A stretch of 64,000 nucleotides of DNA. Source: Octopus vulgaris. Taxonomy: Eukaryota. The position numbers and the translations under genes were made by a program. The stretch is taken from NCBI GenBank assembly GCA_951406725.2, contig OX597840.1, forward strand, positions 20,956,001-21,020,000, given 5' to 3'. Position 1 is the first letter of the stretch. Every line of letters starts with the position of its first letter. Positions 41,819-50,982 of the stretch are shown here, one piece after another. The notes under the pieces are model-generated. The model did no database searches, had not been told where the DNA came from, and saw only the letters and a list, made by a program, of their open reading frames with translations.

Positions 41819-44209
41819 CTTTTACTTGTTTTAGTCATTAGACGGTGGCCATGCTGGGGCAGCACCTTGCAGAATTTTAGCCAAGCGAATCAACCCCAGC
41901 ATTTAATCTTTTTTATTTAAGCCTGGTACTTACTCTTTTGCCAGACCATCAAGCAACAGGGATGTAAACACACCAACACCAGTTGTCAAGCAATGGTGGG
42001 GGGGGGGGACAAACACAGGGGCTTCTTTCAGTTTCCATCAACCAAATCCACTCACAAGGCTTTGGTCAGCCCAAGGCTATAGCAGAAGTCACTTGCCCAA
42101 GATGCTATGCAGTGGGACTGAACCCGGCATCGTGTAGTTGGCAAGCAACCTTCTTACCACAGAGCCACAATAAAGTCTTTTTATATATTATCATCATTTA
42201 ATGTCCGTGTCCCATGCAGGCATGGGTTGGATGATGTGAGAGGAACAAATGGGCCCAGGGACAGCACTCTGCTCAAAGTATCTGTTTTGATATGGCTTGT
42301 ATAGTTGGATGCCTTCTCTGATGCCAATCAATCAAACCATATGCACTGGGTGCCTTTTTTTCTTTTTAATGCCACCAGCACAAGTGACACTGCCATGCAC
42401 TTTGCAAATACTATGAACCCCAAGAGGACAATTTTATGCTAGGAGATGAGGGGTGAAAGAGAGGGAAAAGTACGAGACGAGGGGCTTGGGTAAAACAGGT
42501 TTCTTACTATTGAGGAGTTACATAAGTGACTGAGTAAAGCAGGAGAGCCGAAAAAAAAAGAAAAAAAGAGGGGATCATTATCAAAAGAAGTACAAAGTTA
42601 CAAACACAGCTGTAACAAATCGCTTTCCCTATCTAATTGTATTCACAACACAGCAAATTACCTACACTTGACTGAAATTCCTCTTTCCTATCATTGATCT
42701 CCTATAAAATAAAATCGAGAGACTGTCGGGTGCCACCTTGGTGACTATTGATATAAATCAATAACTTGAGTCATGACAAGTTATTGAATAAGAAGAAGAA
42801 GAGGAAAAGAAAGAAAAAGAAATAAATCAATTTTTAATGACTATAAGTGATTATTTCAATGAGTCTAACTTTGTTCAAAGTGGTTTAGATGTCACCGTTT
42901 CACTCTATCATATAAGCATACAAACTCATACAAGCATACATAATAGTAAATCATATAAACTGGCAACCGAAGGCAATGTCCATGTGGTCAATTGAATTGC
43001 TAGAAATAGCAGCTAAATCCCCCCACACACACATACACACACTAAATAACACTCTCCCATCTTTAATAAAGGAAAAAGGAAATAAGATATAGGGTGCAGG
43101 CATGACTGTGTGGTTAAGGAAGCTCACTTTGCAACCACATGGTTTTTGGTTCAAACCCACTGCACAGCAATTTAGGTGTGTTTATTTTTTTTATTCTATA
43201 GCCCTGGACTGACAAATACTTTGTGAGTGAATTTGTTAGATGGAAACTGTGTGAAAGCCTTTTGTATATTACACACACAGTGTCTCTGTGTTAGTCCCCA
43301 CCACCACCACCACCCCTTAACTGGTGTTGGTTAGTTTACGTCCCTGTACCTTAACGGTTCAGCAAAAGAGAACAATAAAGTACCAGACTTAATAAGTATT
43401 GTGATTGATGTAATATTGGTTTCAAATTTTGGCACAAGGCCAGCAATTTCAGGGAGGAGGGTAAATCGATTATATTGACCCCAGAGCTCAGCTGGTACTC
43501 ATTTTATCAACCCTGAAAAGATGAAAGGCAAAGTCAACCTCGGCACAATTTGAACTCAAAATGTAAAGACAGATGAAATGCCTCCAAGCCTTTCACCTGG
43601 TCTGCTAACAGTTCTACCAACTTGCCACCTTGGGCCCAGGTGTAATATTATTCACTCAGATATTCTAAGATGATGAGCTGGCAGAATCGTTAGCACACTG
43701 GACAAAATGCTTAGTAGTTGTGGCTCTTTATGTTCAGGGTTCAAATTCTGTTGGAGTTGACTTTGTCTTTCATTCTTTCAAGGTCGATTAAAATAAGGAT
43801 CAGTTGAGCAATGGAGTCGAGTGTAACGAACCAGTTCCCTGCCCCAAAATTTCAGACCTTGTGCCTAGAAAATTTCAGTAATGACACAGTGAAGTTAAGG
43901 AGTTGCACACCAAAGCACAAAGTCATGGTATTGTTCCTTGGCCGAGGTCGACTTTGCCTTTCATCCTTTCGGGGTCGATAAATTAAGTACCAGTTACGTA
44001 CTGGGGTCGATGTAATCGACTTAATACCTATGTCTGTCCTTGTTTGTCCCCTCTATGTTTAGCCCCTTGTGGGTAGTAAAGAAATAGATATTGTTCCTCG
44101 GGAGAAGAAACATTCCTCAACAATCTCTGTCCGTAGAGACATTCTGGAATATTTAAAACTTTGCAGAAATCTCACAAAACTGTCAAAGAACTACTCCCAC
44201 TTTTCCTCC

Positions 44210-44254
<45 letters not shown>

Positions 44255-47200
44255 TAACAGACAAGAAGGCAGTCTACCTCCTCCTCCTCCTCTCTGTGCT
44301 GGGAGATCTCAACCGTAATATGTATCTTCTGCTCCTCATAATGATTTTATTACAGATATATGAATTATTGTATTTAGAACATTCAAAACTCATTCACATT
44401 CCTTTGCCAATTTCCTTCCAAAGGAAATGAGAAATCCATTCTAAGAAAAACTGCAACAATTCTTCTTCTTCAACAATAAACAATAATCTTAATCCTAAAT
44501 CTTCATTCAACTTTTCTCACTAATCTTTTTTTCCATTTTCCTTTTTGTTTCATTTCTCACTTAAAAGAATATCTATTTTCCAGACTTTACTGCTTTTTGT
44601 CAGCTTTAGAAACGGTTGCCTGTTATATAATTGTTTTTGTTCAAAAACTGGTAAAACCGAGCTGGTATTTATATTTCTCATTCTTCAGATGAACCAAACA
44701 ATTTGGAAGCAGGTTGCAGACTCAGCTTCACCTCAGTTCTTCACTAAACTCTACCCAAACACCTTCACATTGTGGTTCGTTAACCATTTTAATACCAACA
44801 CATTTGAGAAATTAAAAGGAAGTCTTAATCAGTATCTCGTTATACCAGTCATTCTTTTATTTTTTTACTTCTCTCAGTCCTTAGACAGCAGCCATGCTGG
44901 AGCACTGCCTTCAAGCATCTATAGTCAAATGGATTGACCCTAGTGCTTGATATTTTTTTTTTTTCAAGTCTGGTATTTATTCTATCATTCTCTTTCACTG
45001 AACTGCTAAGTTGAAGTGACATAAATATACCAACACCAGTCATTAAGCATTAGTGGGGAACAAAGACAGACACAAACACACACACACATATATACAACAG
45101 GCTTCTTTCAGTTTCAGTCTATCAAATCCACTCACAAGGTTTTGATTGGCCAGAAGTTATAGTAGACAACACCTGCCCAAGGTGCCACACAGTGGGACTG
45201 AACCCAGAACAATGTAATTGGGAGAGACACATTCCTATTCTTGGGTGGTAAACTCTCACCCTATTTAATAGCACATCCTGGTCCTTAGATACCTTTAGCA
45301 GTGTTTCGCTGGTACTTAATTTATCAACCCCGAAAGGATGAAAGGCAAAGTCAACCTGGGTGGAATTTGAACCCAGAACATAAAGATGGACAAAATGCCA
45401 CTAAGCATTTTCCCAGCATACTAACAATTCTACCTGCTCATTGCCTTTAATTTCTAATTCAGTAATAATAAATAAACACAACCTTCAATGCTACAGAAAG
45501 GGATAAAATAAATACCAGTAACATATTAGGGCAGATAATCAACCTTTTTGTATTTGGATTAGAATGTTTCAGCTCCTGTGTTATAAATACATAACGAGAT
45601 GGGGTCAGAGGATATTAAGAAAAAAGAATTAAAAGAACTCTCATACTGTCCCCATACTAGTATTTAGTCCATCCATCCATCTTCAACCACTAATCCTGGA
45701 GGGAGGGTTTATGGGGATAGGGCCCTCAAGTACCTCCCCCTCTTCTGCCATAGGGTCTTTTTAGAAGCAACCATCAGTACACTTTCCAGCTGGATTCTCA
45801 AGCAGGGCAGACTATGGATGTTACCCAACAATCTCATTCTTGGTCTAATGCTAGGACTCCTGATGGTTGGCCGAGCTTGAAGAATCTGTCTTGCAATTCT
45901 TTCCTTTAACATTCTAATCACATGTCTGTTATACCAGTACCGTGACCTCTCAGTATGGAGTCCTAGTGGCACAACCTGGAGAGACTCCCTGATTTCTGAG
46001 CTTTGCACCCTGTCAAGTAACGTTACCCCAGAGATCCTTCAGAGGAACCCTATTTTGATCACTTGTATTCAAGATTGTATTCTTTTGCTCATTACCCAAC
46101 ATTCAGGACCAAAGGTGAGGATAGGTACACAAACCAATTCAAAGAAACCAAGTTTGACTTCTTCTTCACCAATCTCTCCTCTTCTGAGAATCAAATGCTC
46201 CAGCTGGCACATCACTGTGTGCCAGAATCTACAATTCCAGCCTCCTGCTTCTCATCTCTCATATATATTCTTCTGAGATGCTTAAACTTCTCCAATTATC
46301 TCAAAGATGTTCCACTAAGCCGCAAAGTGCCCTGGAAAGACTTTCTTGAAAGGACCAATGTCTCAGTCTTCGCAACACCAATTCTGATCCCTGCCTTGCA
46401 ACATTCAGCAGTCGACCCCTTCAGTGCAGGTTGGAGAATTGTGTTTAGCATCCAATTCTAGCCTCCTGCTTCTCATCATTCATGAAAATAACCCCACTTG
46501 TCCCACTGATATTCCACCAACATGCAGACTGAACTGGAAAGACTTTCTAGTATTTAGTAGACTATTCAGTTCGTTATGATTCCAGCATAAGATGAGCCAA
46601 ATTCTGTAACTGTTTCAAGGTCATCAGTAATCACAACAAGCAAACCTTTATAGCAAAGCAGACAACTTGTTTTGATGGTTTACTTATGTAAGACATTCGT
46701 TACTGTTTCCAAAAACAGGTTATTTTAAGATGACAGAGCAACAGCGTTGAAATCAATACCCAATGAATTATATACACACTGGATTGTATCAACAGTCAAC
46801 ACAACATTTGAGCTGCCCTTTCTGATGCTGGGTCCACAACTAAAAAGATAACATCATCAGCATCGTTTGAATGTCCACTTTTCCATGCTTGCATGGGTCG
46901 GACAGAATTTGTTATGGCACAGGTTTTATGGCCACATGCCCTTCATGTTGCCAACCTTCACCTGTTTGCAAGTAACGTAATATTCCACCCCATGAGCAGA
47001 CATGTTTTTTTCTTCAGTAAGACTGGAGAAGAACAATATCCCTTGTATCACTTACAGCCATTGTGTGATGTCAAGACAAAGATACACATACAGACTTCTT
47101 TTAGTTTCCATCTACCAGCCCACTCACAAGTCTTTGGTCGGCCTGGGGCTATAGTAGAAGAGCCTTGCCCAAGGTGCCACACAGTGGACTGAACCCAAGT

Positions 47201-48528
47201 GTCATGTGAATGGTACCGGTGAAATCATAGTCGTAGCTGTTGCTGGTAGCATAATCTTCAAATGTTAAGCCTCACATGGGCGATGACAAGTGACCGAGAC
47301 CTTTGGAGATATGCTGTGCTGGAGAAGACTTGTGAAGCCAAGGGAAATCATAGTTGTGACCATTGCCAGAGCCATGTAAATGGCACCTGTGAAAATGTAG
47401 TTGTGGCAGTTGCCAGTGTCCTGTAAATGGTACCCGTGCCAGTAGCACATGAAAAGTACCGCTTACACTCTCAGAGTGGTTAGCGTCAGGAAGGGCATCC
47501 AGCAATAGAAACCATCCCAAATCAAACTGGAACCTGATGCAGCTCTCCAGCTTACCAGTTCCACTCAAACTGTCCAACCCATGCCTGCATGGGAAATGGA
47601 TGTTAAATGATGATGATGATAATTAGCACTAATGAGGTCACCAAGTAACTTAGTAAAGAAAGGTAAACGGAAAAGCCCGTTCAACTGAGTGGGAGTGCAT
47701 CAGAGAGAGGAAGAGGTGGCTTTGGGAGAGAAAATAAAGTTGGGAGGAGGCCCCAACACTGCCCCTTAACTCTTATTCCAGCCCAACCACCAGTGAGACT
47801 GTTTAATACATATTTTATTAAGCCAAAACTACAGGGATGGAAGCTATTTGTGTAATGGTGCTTCATGTAATCTCTTGACTACTCGTCTATAAATACCACT
47901 AACGTTCCATTCATAATAATGATCTTGCAGATTGGCACAAGGCCAGAGATCTGTATGCGAGGAATATTGTTGCTTATATCAAACCAAATACATAACAAGC
48001 ACGTCATGAGGTAACAAGGGAGTCTCTTTGTGGTTGACAAACCTGCTAGAAACAGCAGCCAAATGCCCTCTAGCATTTCTACATGTGGATTGTTCAAAGT
48101 GGCCAGATCCAATCTCTCACACCTACCCTACTATGTCATTCTAAAATAAACAAAACCATATTGCAATACATACATATACACATACATACATACATATATA
48201 TAACGAACTAACTGTTACTTTCTCAGATGCAGCACGGATTTTTGTCAGTGCAGAGGTCGCGGTCTTAAAGCGACGAAAATATTTTGACAAATTAAACTTA
48301 AATGTTGAAGTGAATCGAACAACTTTAGTGTGTTTCTTAAATGGTTTACAAACACCTTCCACGCTGCAATTGTTTTCATACAGCGGTTGTTCTTGCAAAT
48401 TCCAGGTGCAGTAATAAGAGAAGCCCTTACCTGATGTAAATCTGTTTTATTGCCTGAATCCCATTGGTACATCCTTTTGGGATATTGAACTCTTCAAACA
48501 GCTCATCCCAGTTTTGTTCTTCATTAAC
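2514..48528 (-). CDS. ARID2: ARID2/BAF200 orthologue, partial (17 coding exons in window; 5' exons and terminal exons not visible)
   Basis: Manually spliced GT-AG exons keep one frame over 6270 nt. Peptides match ARID2 family motifs: [54 protein letters not shown], an RFX-like domain, and CxW..C..H..H fingers. Confidence 0.95.
2925..3092. repeat. 13-bp polypurine tandem repeat (ggaaagagaa[a/g]g[t/c])
   Basis: About 12 copies, almost entirely purine on the + strand. Confidence 0.85.
3111..3340 (-). mobile_element. tRNA-derived SINE family A (Meta-domain-like core), young copy with TSD
   Basis: Head ggcggtgagctggcagaatcgttag with B-box gagttcaaatt; core gcctttcatcctttcggggtc; TSD cttgatacct. 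Other copies near 9110, 24170-24630, 36180, 40792-41016, 43415-44090 and 45305. Confidence 0.8.
4180..4614. mobile_element. Foldback (inverted-arm) element with two hammerhead-like motifs and a 14-bp TSD, Penelope-like/retrozyme-type
   Basis: Arms ~4233-4400 and ~4440-4617 are reverse complements. Direct repeat aatgaagaatttag at 4166-79 and 4615-28. Confidence 0.7.
5613..5748 (-). CDS. ARID2: ARID2 exon, C2H2 zinc fingers (CFETSKGVYSHVYSAH...CKWEGCEKLERKKWSLVTHIQ)
   Basis: tttcag/gtcagt sites, 136 nt. C.WEGC....R...SL.TH.Q motif. Confidence 0.93.
7520..8050 (+). mobile_element. RTE-like LINE 3' fragment
   Basis: GC-richer block translating to W.EHI...YPTRRALL...GWK.P..RP.TR.LD.IKEDL, typical of an RTE C-terminus. 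Confidence 0.5.
8292..9006. mobile_element. Tc1/mariner-superfamily (pogo/Tigger-like) MITE with a nested SINE
   Basis: 22-bp TIRs cccc/caccttctcctcgacttacgac (1 mismatch) flanked by TA on both sides. Confidence 0.75.
8503..8914 (-). mobile_element. tRNA-derived SINE family B (CORE-like), full length
   Basis: Head gcaggagtggctgtgtggtaag...gggttcagtccc; core ttgggcaagtgtctt; tail gaaacaagtaaaagag. Many copies (3800, 21690, 31150, 34480, 41820, 44860, 56570, 60205, 61517, 63450). Confidence 0.8.
10196..14351 (-). CDS. ARID2: ARID2 giant exon (4156 nt): S/P/Q-rich low-complexity region ending in the first half of C2H2 finger 1 (FVCEWANCKR)
   Basis: Lies within the 1389-aa ORF. gctttcag acceptor (phase 1) at 14352-53; gtaagt donor at 10194-95. 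Confidence 0.92.
11089..11145 (-). repeat. Coding (AAT/AAC)n repeat, poly-Asn of ~19 residues
   Basis: In-frame N tract in the giant exon. Confidence 0.9.
19526..19906 (+). mobile_element. (TA)n-embedded foldback element with hammerhead core and unique 3' tail
   Basis: Arms 19526-19616 and 19696-19816 are inverted. Central palindrome ttcccttcatca-g-tgatgaagggaa; TA runs on both sides. Confidence 0.7.
19572..19686 (-). ncRNA. Hammerhead core inside a foldback element, helix I 5' arm truncated
   Basis: Minus strand reads CTGATGA(19686-80)-agggaaggtt...ggctttcttc-GAAA-c-gtgt-GTC-tgtagtgataa. Confidence 0.5.
20410..20592 (+). mobile_element. Relic of a restriction-like-endonuclease (RLE) non-LTR retrotransposon
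   Basis: FTVSWEDGL...K..QDLVNE...W....IPIEVN..SFPARSV resembles the ELTVPWE...KY..L...PVEVG.RGF motif of HERO/NeSL/R2-group elements. Confidence 0.5.
20768..20886 (-). CDS. ARID2: ARID2 exon, end of RFX domain (AVFPNVEEKIIERKDGNKDIQFSGFSKRSSPLPFAITWQ)
   Basis: ttttag/gtaggt sites, 119 nt. VFP...G..KR..PLP motif. Confidence 0.88.
21440..21574 (-). CDS. ARID2: ARID2 exon, RFX-type winged helix (WLRANLELRDGCYMSHLSLYTDYLSFCKKFSLPNPLNSSVLHTCVK)
   Basis: tttcag/gtaagt sites, 135 nt. WL....E....LY.DY...C RFX pattern. Confidence 0.9.
22203..22247 (+). ncRNA. Minimal hammerhead-like motif with palindromic helix III
   Basis: ttgcta-CTGATGA-a-gcc(caaaga)ggt-a-GAAA-tggcca-TT-tagcaa. Helix I is 6 bp perfect. 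Confidence 0.6.
22680..22737 (-). CDS. ARID2: ARID2 exon (KTGPPPSSIPTSEIETTCNW)
   Basis: ttccag/gtaaga sites, 58 nt. Ends in C.W, starting the RFX domain; phases fit both neighbours. Confidence 0.85.
23732..23893 (-). CDS. ARID2: ARID2 exon (DILVQLVTVEAQSYGPNSLIGIKVVE...ITLNC)
   Basis: cgttag/gtaagt sites, 162 nt. LV.LVTVEAQSYGP motif. Confidence 0.92.
25274..25483 (-). CDS. ARID2: ARID2 exon (LEILSKLCQVEENE...DIQLIIYTLEALYQLSELGE...HAV)
   Basis: cgccag/gtacgt sites, 210 nt. ARM-like TLE.LY.L.E.G motif. Confidence 0.93.
25605..25958. mobile_element. MITE with ctgtatttt..ggcatata TIRs
   Basis: ctgtattttctggcatata ... tatatgcccaaaaatacag, followed by TA. Confidence 0.55.
27150..27246 (-). 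CDS. ARID2: ARID2 exon (MILESVDHPDTQLILRLISKCLCSSDKCEVVRG)
   Basis: attcag/gtaaga sites, 97 nt, phase-compatible. Confidence 0.9.
27382..27452 (+). mobile_element. Probable Helitron 5' end fragment
   Basis: a|TCTCTCTCTATATAAAGCTGAAGTTGTCTGTG start, typical of non-autonomous Helitrons. Confidence 0.4.
28081..28162 (-). CDS. ARID2: ARID2 exon ([27 protein letters not shown])
   Basis: ttgcag/gtaaga sites, 82 nt. FLLL...SLRQ.GLDTLGN motif. Confidence 0.93.
28629..28705 (-). CDS. ARID2: ARID2 exon ([26 protein letters not shown])
   Basis: ttctag/gtaaaa sites, 77 nt. RNLSF..N...LA motif. Confidence 0.92.
29254..29333 (-). CDS. ARID2: ARID2 exon ([27 protein letters not shown])
   Basis: ttcgcag/gtatgt sites, 80 nt. 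LG.ND.EGQRV.Q motif. Confidence 0.92.
30772..30844 (-). CDS. ARID2: ARID2 exon (FWYDTVYDKEVREMISDTRDASLI)
   Basis: tttcag/gtaaat sites, 73 nt. FW.D.V.D.EVR..ISD motif. Confidence 0.88.
32016..32083 (-). CDS. ARID2: ARID2 exon (GESSLEELYENGWRPFSKRNFVK)
   Basis: ttgcag/gtaaat sites, 68 nt, phase-compatible. W.....R.FVK motif. Confidence 0.9.
32361..32589. mobile_element. piggyBac-like MITE (TTAA-flanked); further copies near 5117, 7047, 15650, 24756, 33630, 35000-35395, 36730 and 39197-39818
   Basis: ttaaccctttag...ctaaaaggttaa termini; shared body gtagggtaggtgtgagaggcc..atctggccagttt. Confidence 0.7.
33762..33980 (+). mobile_element. SINE/LINE 3' tail family ending in (GAT/CAT)n; copies also at 6025-6350, 35740, 47200-47620 and 62750
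   Basis: aaaagcacccactacactctc...gcgttaggaagggcatccagc...catgctagcatggaaagc.gacgttaaacga. Confidence 0.7.
34480..34880 (+). mobile_element. SINE family B copy
   Basis: Same head, core and tail as 8503-8914, opposite strand. Confidence 0.75.
36500..36690 (+). mobile_element. Helitron 3' end
   Basis: GC hairpin cccgagc-aac-gccggg (36663-78) about 10 nt before CTAG|T. Confidence 0.6.
37226..37444 (-). CDS. ARID2: ARID2 exon (ETARQNAGLS...[30 protein letters not shown]...IGIFSL)
   Basis: ttgcag/gtaagt sites, 219 nt. Contains the SGLPNEVDF signature. Confidence 0.95.
37545..37950. repeat. 35-bp minisatellite, about 11 degenerate copies
   Basis: Unit gagatcatatggaatattgttgagggcaagggctg; period 35 (37741 to 37776). 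Confidence 0.85.
39323..39712 (-). mobile_element. Young tRNA-derived SINE (third family) inserted into a piggyBac-like MITE
   Basis: A-box tggcccagtgg and B-box ggtttcgattcc; CpGs retained; TSD aatga(g/c)attgt at 39312-22 and 39713-23. Confidence 0.75.
40431..40585 (-). CDS. ARID2: ARID2 exon (RFLNEYEKVNFLGEDPDHEIMDDDEDG...YKYNQHKVS)
   Basis: tttcag/gtcagt sites, 155 nt. End of ARID domain (YEKV..LGED) and Y.Y.QH.VS motif. Confidence 0.92.
45700..46540 (-). mobile_element. RTE-like LINE 3' fragment, decayed
   Basis: PILTFGPECW...RISGVTLLDRVQSSEIRESLQV...HVIRM..ERIARQIL...RPRMR pattern with stops. Confidence 0.6.
48241..48291 (+). ncRNA. Degenerate hammerhead-like motif
   Basis: tttgtca-GTGCAGA-g-gtcgc(ggtcttaaa)gcgac-GAAA-atat-TT-tgacaaa. 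Helices I and II are perfect; the core has 2 substitutions. Confidence 0.45.
48431..48528 (-). CDS. ARID2: ARID2 exon, ARID domain C-terminal half (VNEEQNWDELFEEFNIPKGCTNGIQAIKQIYIR)
   Basis: tttcctag acceptor, gtaagg donor, 98 nt. Matches ARID helices (W..I.EEFN.P..C.N....LKQ.Y.R). Confidence 0.93.
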
Positions 48529-48900
48529 CTAGGAAAGAGAGAAACAAGCAAGAATCAAAACATTTGTTCAGTGTCCATAACGGTTTCAAATTTGGGTGGA
48601 AGACCAGCAAATTTAGTGCAAAGGGGTTAATCAAATTACACTACCCACCCACCCAGTACTCAACATGTTCTTCTTTTACTGATCCCAAAAGAATGAAAAA
48701 CAAAGTCGACCTTGGTGGCGTCAGAACTCAGAACATAAACAACAGGAAACAATGCCACCAAGTATTTTATTTAACGATTCTGCCAGATCAACAAAAAACA
48801 ATTAAACATTGGTAAGAGACATAGTACAGTTCCATAATTAAGAGATGAGGAATTATGTACATTATTTACATTTGACGGATATTTGTCATCATGTTTGTTG

Positions 48901-48947
48901 TTAACACGTTTCACCTGATATCCCCTCCAGCCTTTATCAGGTGTCTT
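48901..48947 (-). ncRNA. Degenerate hammerhead-like motif
   Basis: Minus strand: acac-CTGATAA-aggctg(gaggggatat)caggt-GAAA-cgt-gtt. G8 is mutated and helix II is damaged. Confidence 0.35.
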
Positions 48948-49116
48948 AGAGAATTTTCGAACCAGGGTTCTCGTTCCTAAGGTATTTTTCGATGTTACTA
49001 TTATTTGTCGCTGCTTGGAATTGAACTCAGAATCTTGGGGTTAGCAGCCCACACTCTTAACCACTACGTGGGCACATAGCATAGTGGTTAAGAGACATGT
49101 AATGCAAAGCTTAGAA

Positions 49117-49395
49117 CAGTGGTTCGCAACCGGGATCCACACAATAAAATAGTAAACTGGGAATCCCTGACAAAATTTTGCTTTATATGTTTGTATTGCG
49201 AGAAACACCAAGGTTTCTTTCTCTAACATTTAACATAGTTCAACCTGCAAAAGTTAATGTGCAAAAAGCTAAATAAGAATTTTGGAAAAAAGCTTCTATA
49301 AAACTAGTTTTTAAACACTGAATGGCTATGGGGGTCCACCAAAATAAAATAGTAATCAAAGGGGTCCATAGATAAAAACTGGTTGAGAGACCCTG
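49117..49395. mobile_element. hAT/Charlie-like MITE
   Basis: TIRs cagtggttcgcaacc / ggttgagagaccctg with degenerate 8-bp TSD gcttagaa / gtttagag. Related ends at ~23227 and ~30527. Confidence 0.6.
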
Positions 49396-50471
49396 GTTTA
49401 GAGTATTATGTTTTAATCTCTACAGTATTATAGATAACACAATTATTAAATATTGTTTACACAAGCCGAAAGGAAAAGCTCCTTGTGGTTGCTCAACTTG
49501 ATGAAATTCTCTCAAAACCTATCATTGCACACCTTTTCTTATTTTCTCTTTTAGCTACTTTTGTAGCAAATAAATCCAGGAGAAGCAGTAAAACCACAAA
49601 CCATGCAAAAAATAGCCCCTTTTTTTTTTTGCCACTTTGAAAAGATATTTTCAAATTATTTATATCATTTAATTAACATACGTAATATTCATTATGCTGC
49701 TTGCTGTAATTGTCTTTTGTATCCTTCTGAAGACAAATTACTTTTTTTTTATAAGCGGATATACATACACACACAAGTGTATATATATAAAAGATATATA
49801 TTTATTCAAACACATATAAATATGTCCCTCATGTCTCTTATCTTCACCTACTTCCATAATAATAATAATGATAATACACCCAGTCTATTGAACCCCAGGA
49901 AGCATGCTTTCACAAAGGACTGCAAACAACAGCCATTTGCATGAACAATGATGTCTAGTTCACAAAGACTGTACCCGCATCACAAAGGGGAAAACACATT
50001 CACAGATGTGTATGCACGCGCGTGTGCACATGCAACATGCACACACGTTTACTGTTCCGTTAAGGTGAGATCAACAAAAGAAAGTATTCCATCCAGTTAG
50101 AGATACCATTTAATGTACACGGTATCAAGATACGAGCTACTGGTAGTTTCTTGCAGGTTTCTATAACATGCCTTCTGTCTCCCAAGCAATCTGTGGGCTC
50201 TGAGCACAGGCTCTATTCAATTTACAACTTAGAATGCTGATAAAAGAGAAATCACAAGATCCACTTTTTGCTTCTACCTTCTCATTTATATATTGTAAAA
50301 TATATTTGCCAACTAAATGTGATGATCCTGAGGACGGTGTTACTGTTGTTTTTAGCACCAGGAAGATATCTCCTCCAGCTGGCTAACGACACACAGTCCA
50401 TGTCCAATTAGTATTTGTGAGGAAGGTCACTGCTCCCATCTCTAGCCTTACGTGATACACACAGACCCAGG

Positions 50472-50982
50472 TTTCTGAATGATTATATCAGTCGTTAGCG
50501 TATAAAAAGAAAAACGACCATAACGGTAAAATTAATTTTTAAGTATATAATTATAATTAAGGGCACTGGCATTCCAGCACCCATTCCCTAGAAGTAGATG
50601 TCAAATACCTACAATCTACTCTAAATTAGTTCTCTATTTATAACCCAAGGTCGAATGCGAGGTAATGAGCAAGAAGTTTTACAAAATTTCCTCTGCTTAG
50701 TGGTATGTTTAAGTTGAGGGCAGCGTTTGGTTAACGATAGGAAGTGCAGCTAAAGAAGAAGCAGCGTGTGCCACTCCATTGGTGGGCAAAAATGCTTGCA
50801 CAGCGATCCACGGAGCAAACACCAGAATTTTGTAAATCTTGCTCATTACCTCACATTGATTCTTGGGTTATAAACTGAGAAAAAATTTAGAGTGGATTGT
50901 AGGTATTTGACATCTACTTCTAGCGTATATGTACTGGGATTCCAGCACCCTTAATTGCATTTTTATAATTATATACTTAAAA
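50472..50982 (-). mobile_element. Foldback element abutting (TA)n with ~150-bp inverted arms
   Basis: Arms ~50537-50689 and ~50826-50982 (e.g. ctagaagtagatgtcaaatacctacaat / attgtaggtatttgacatctacttctag). Confidence 0.7.

Noticed and set aside
46603-46634. Minus-strand CTGATGA-cctt-GAAA
   Set aside because: No helix II or helix I pairing.
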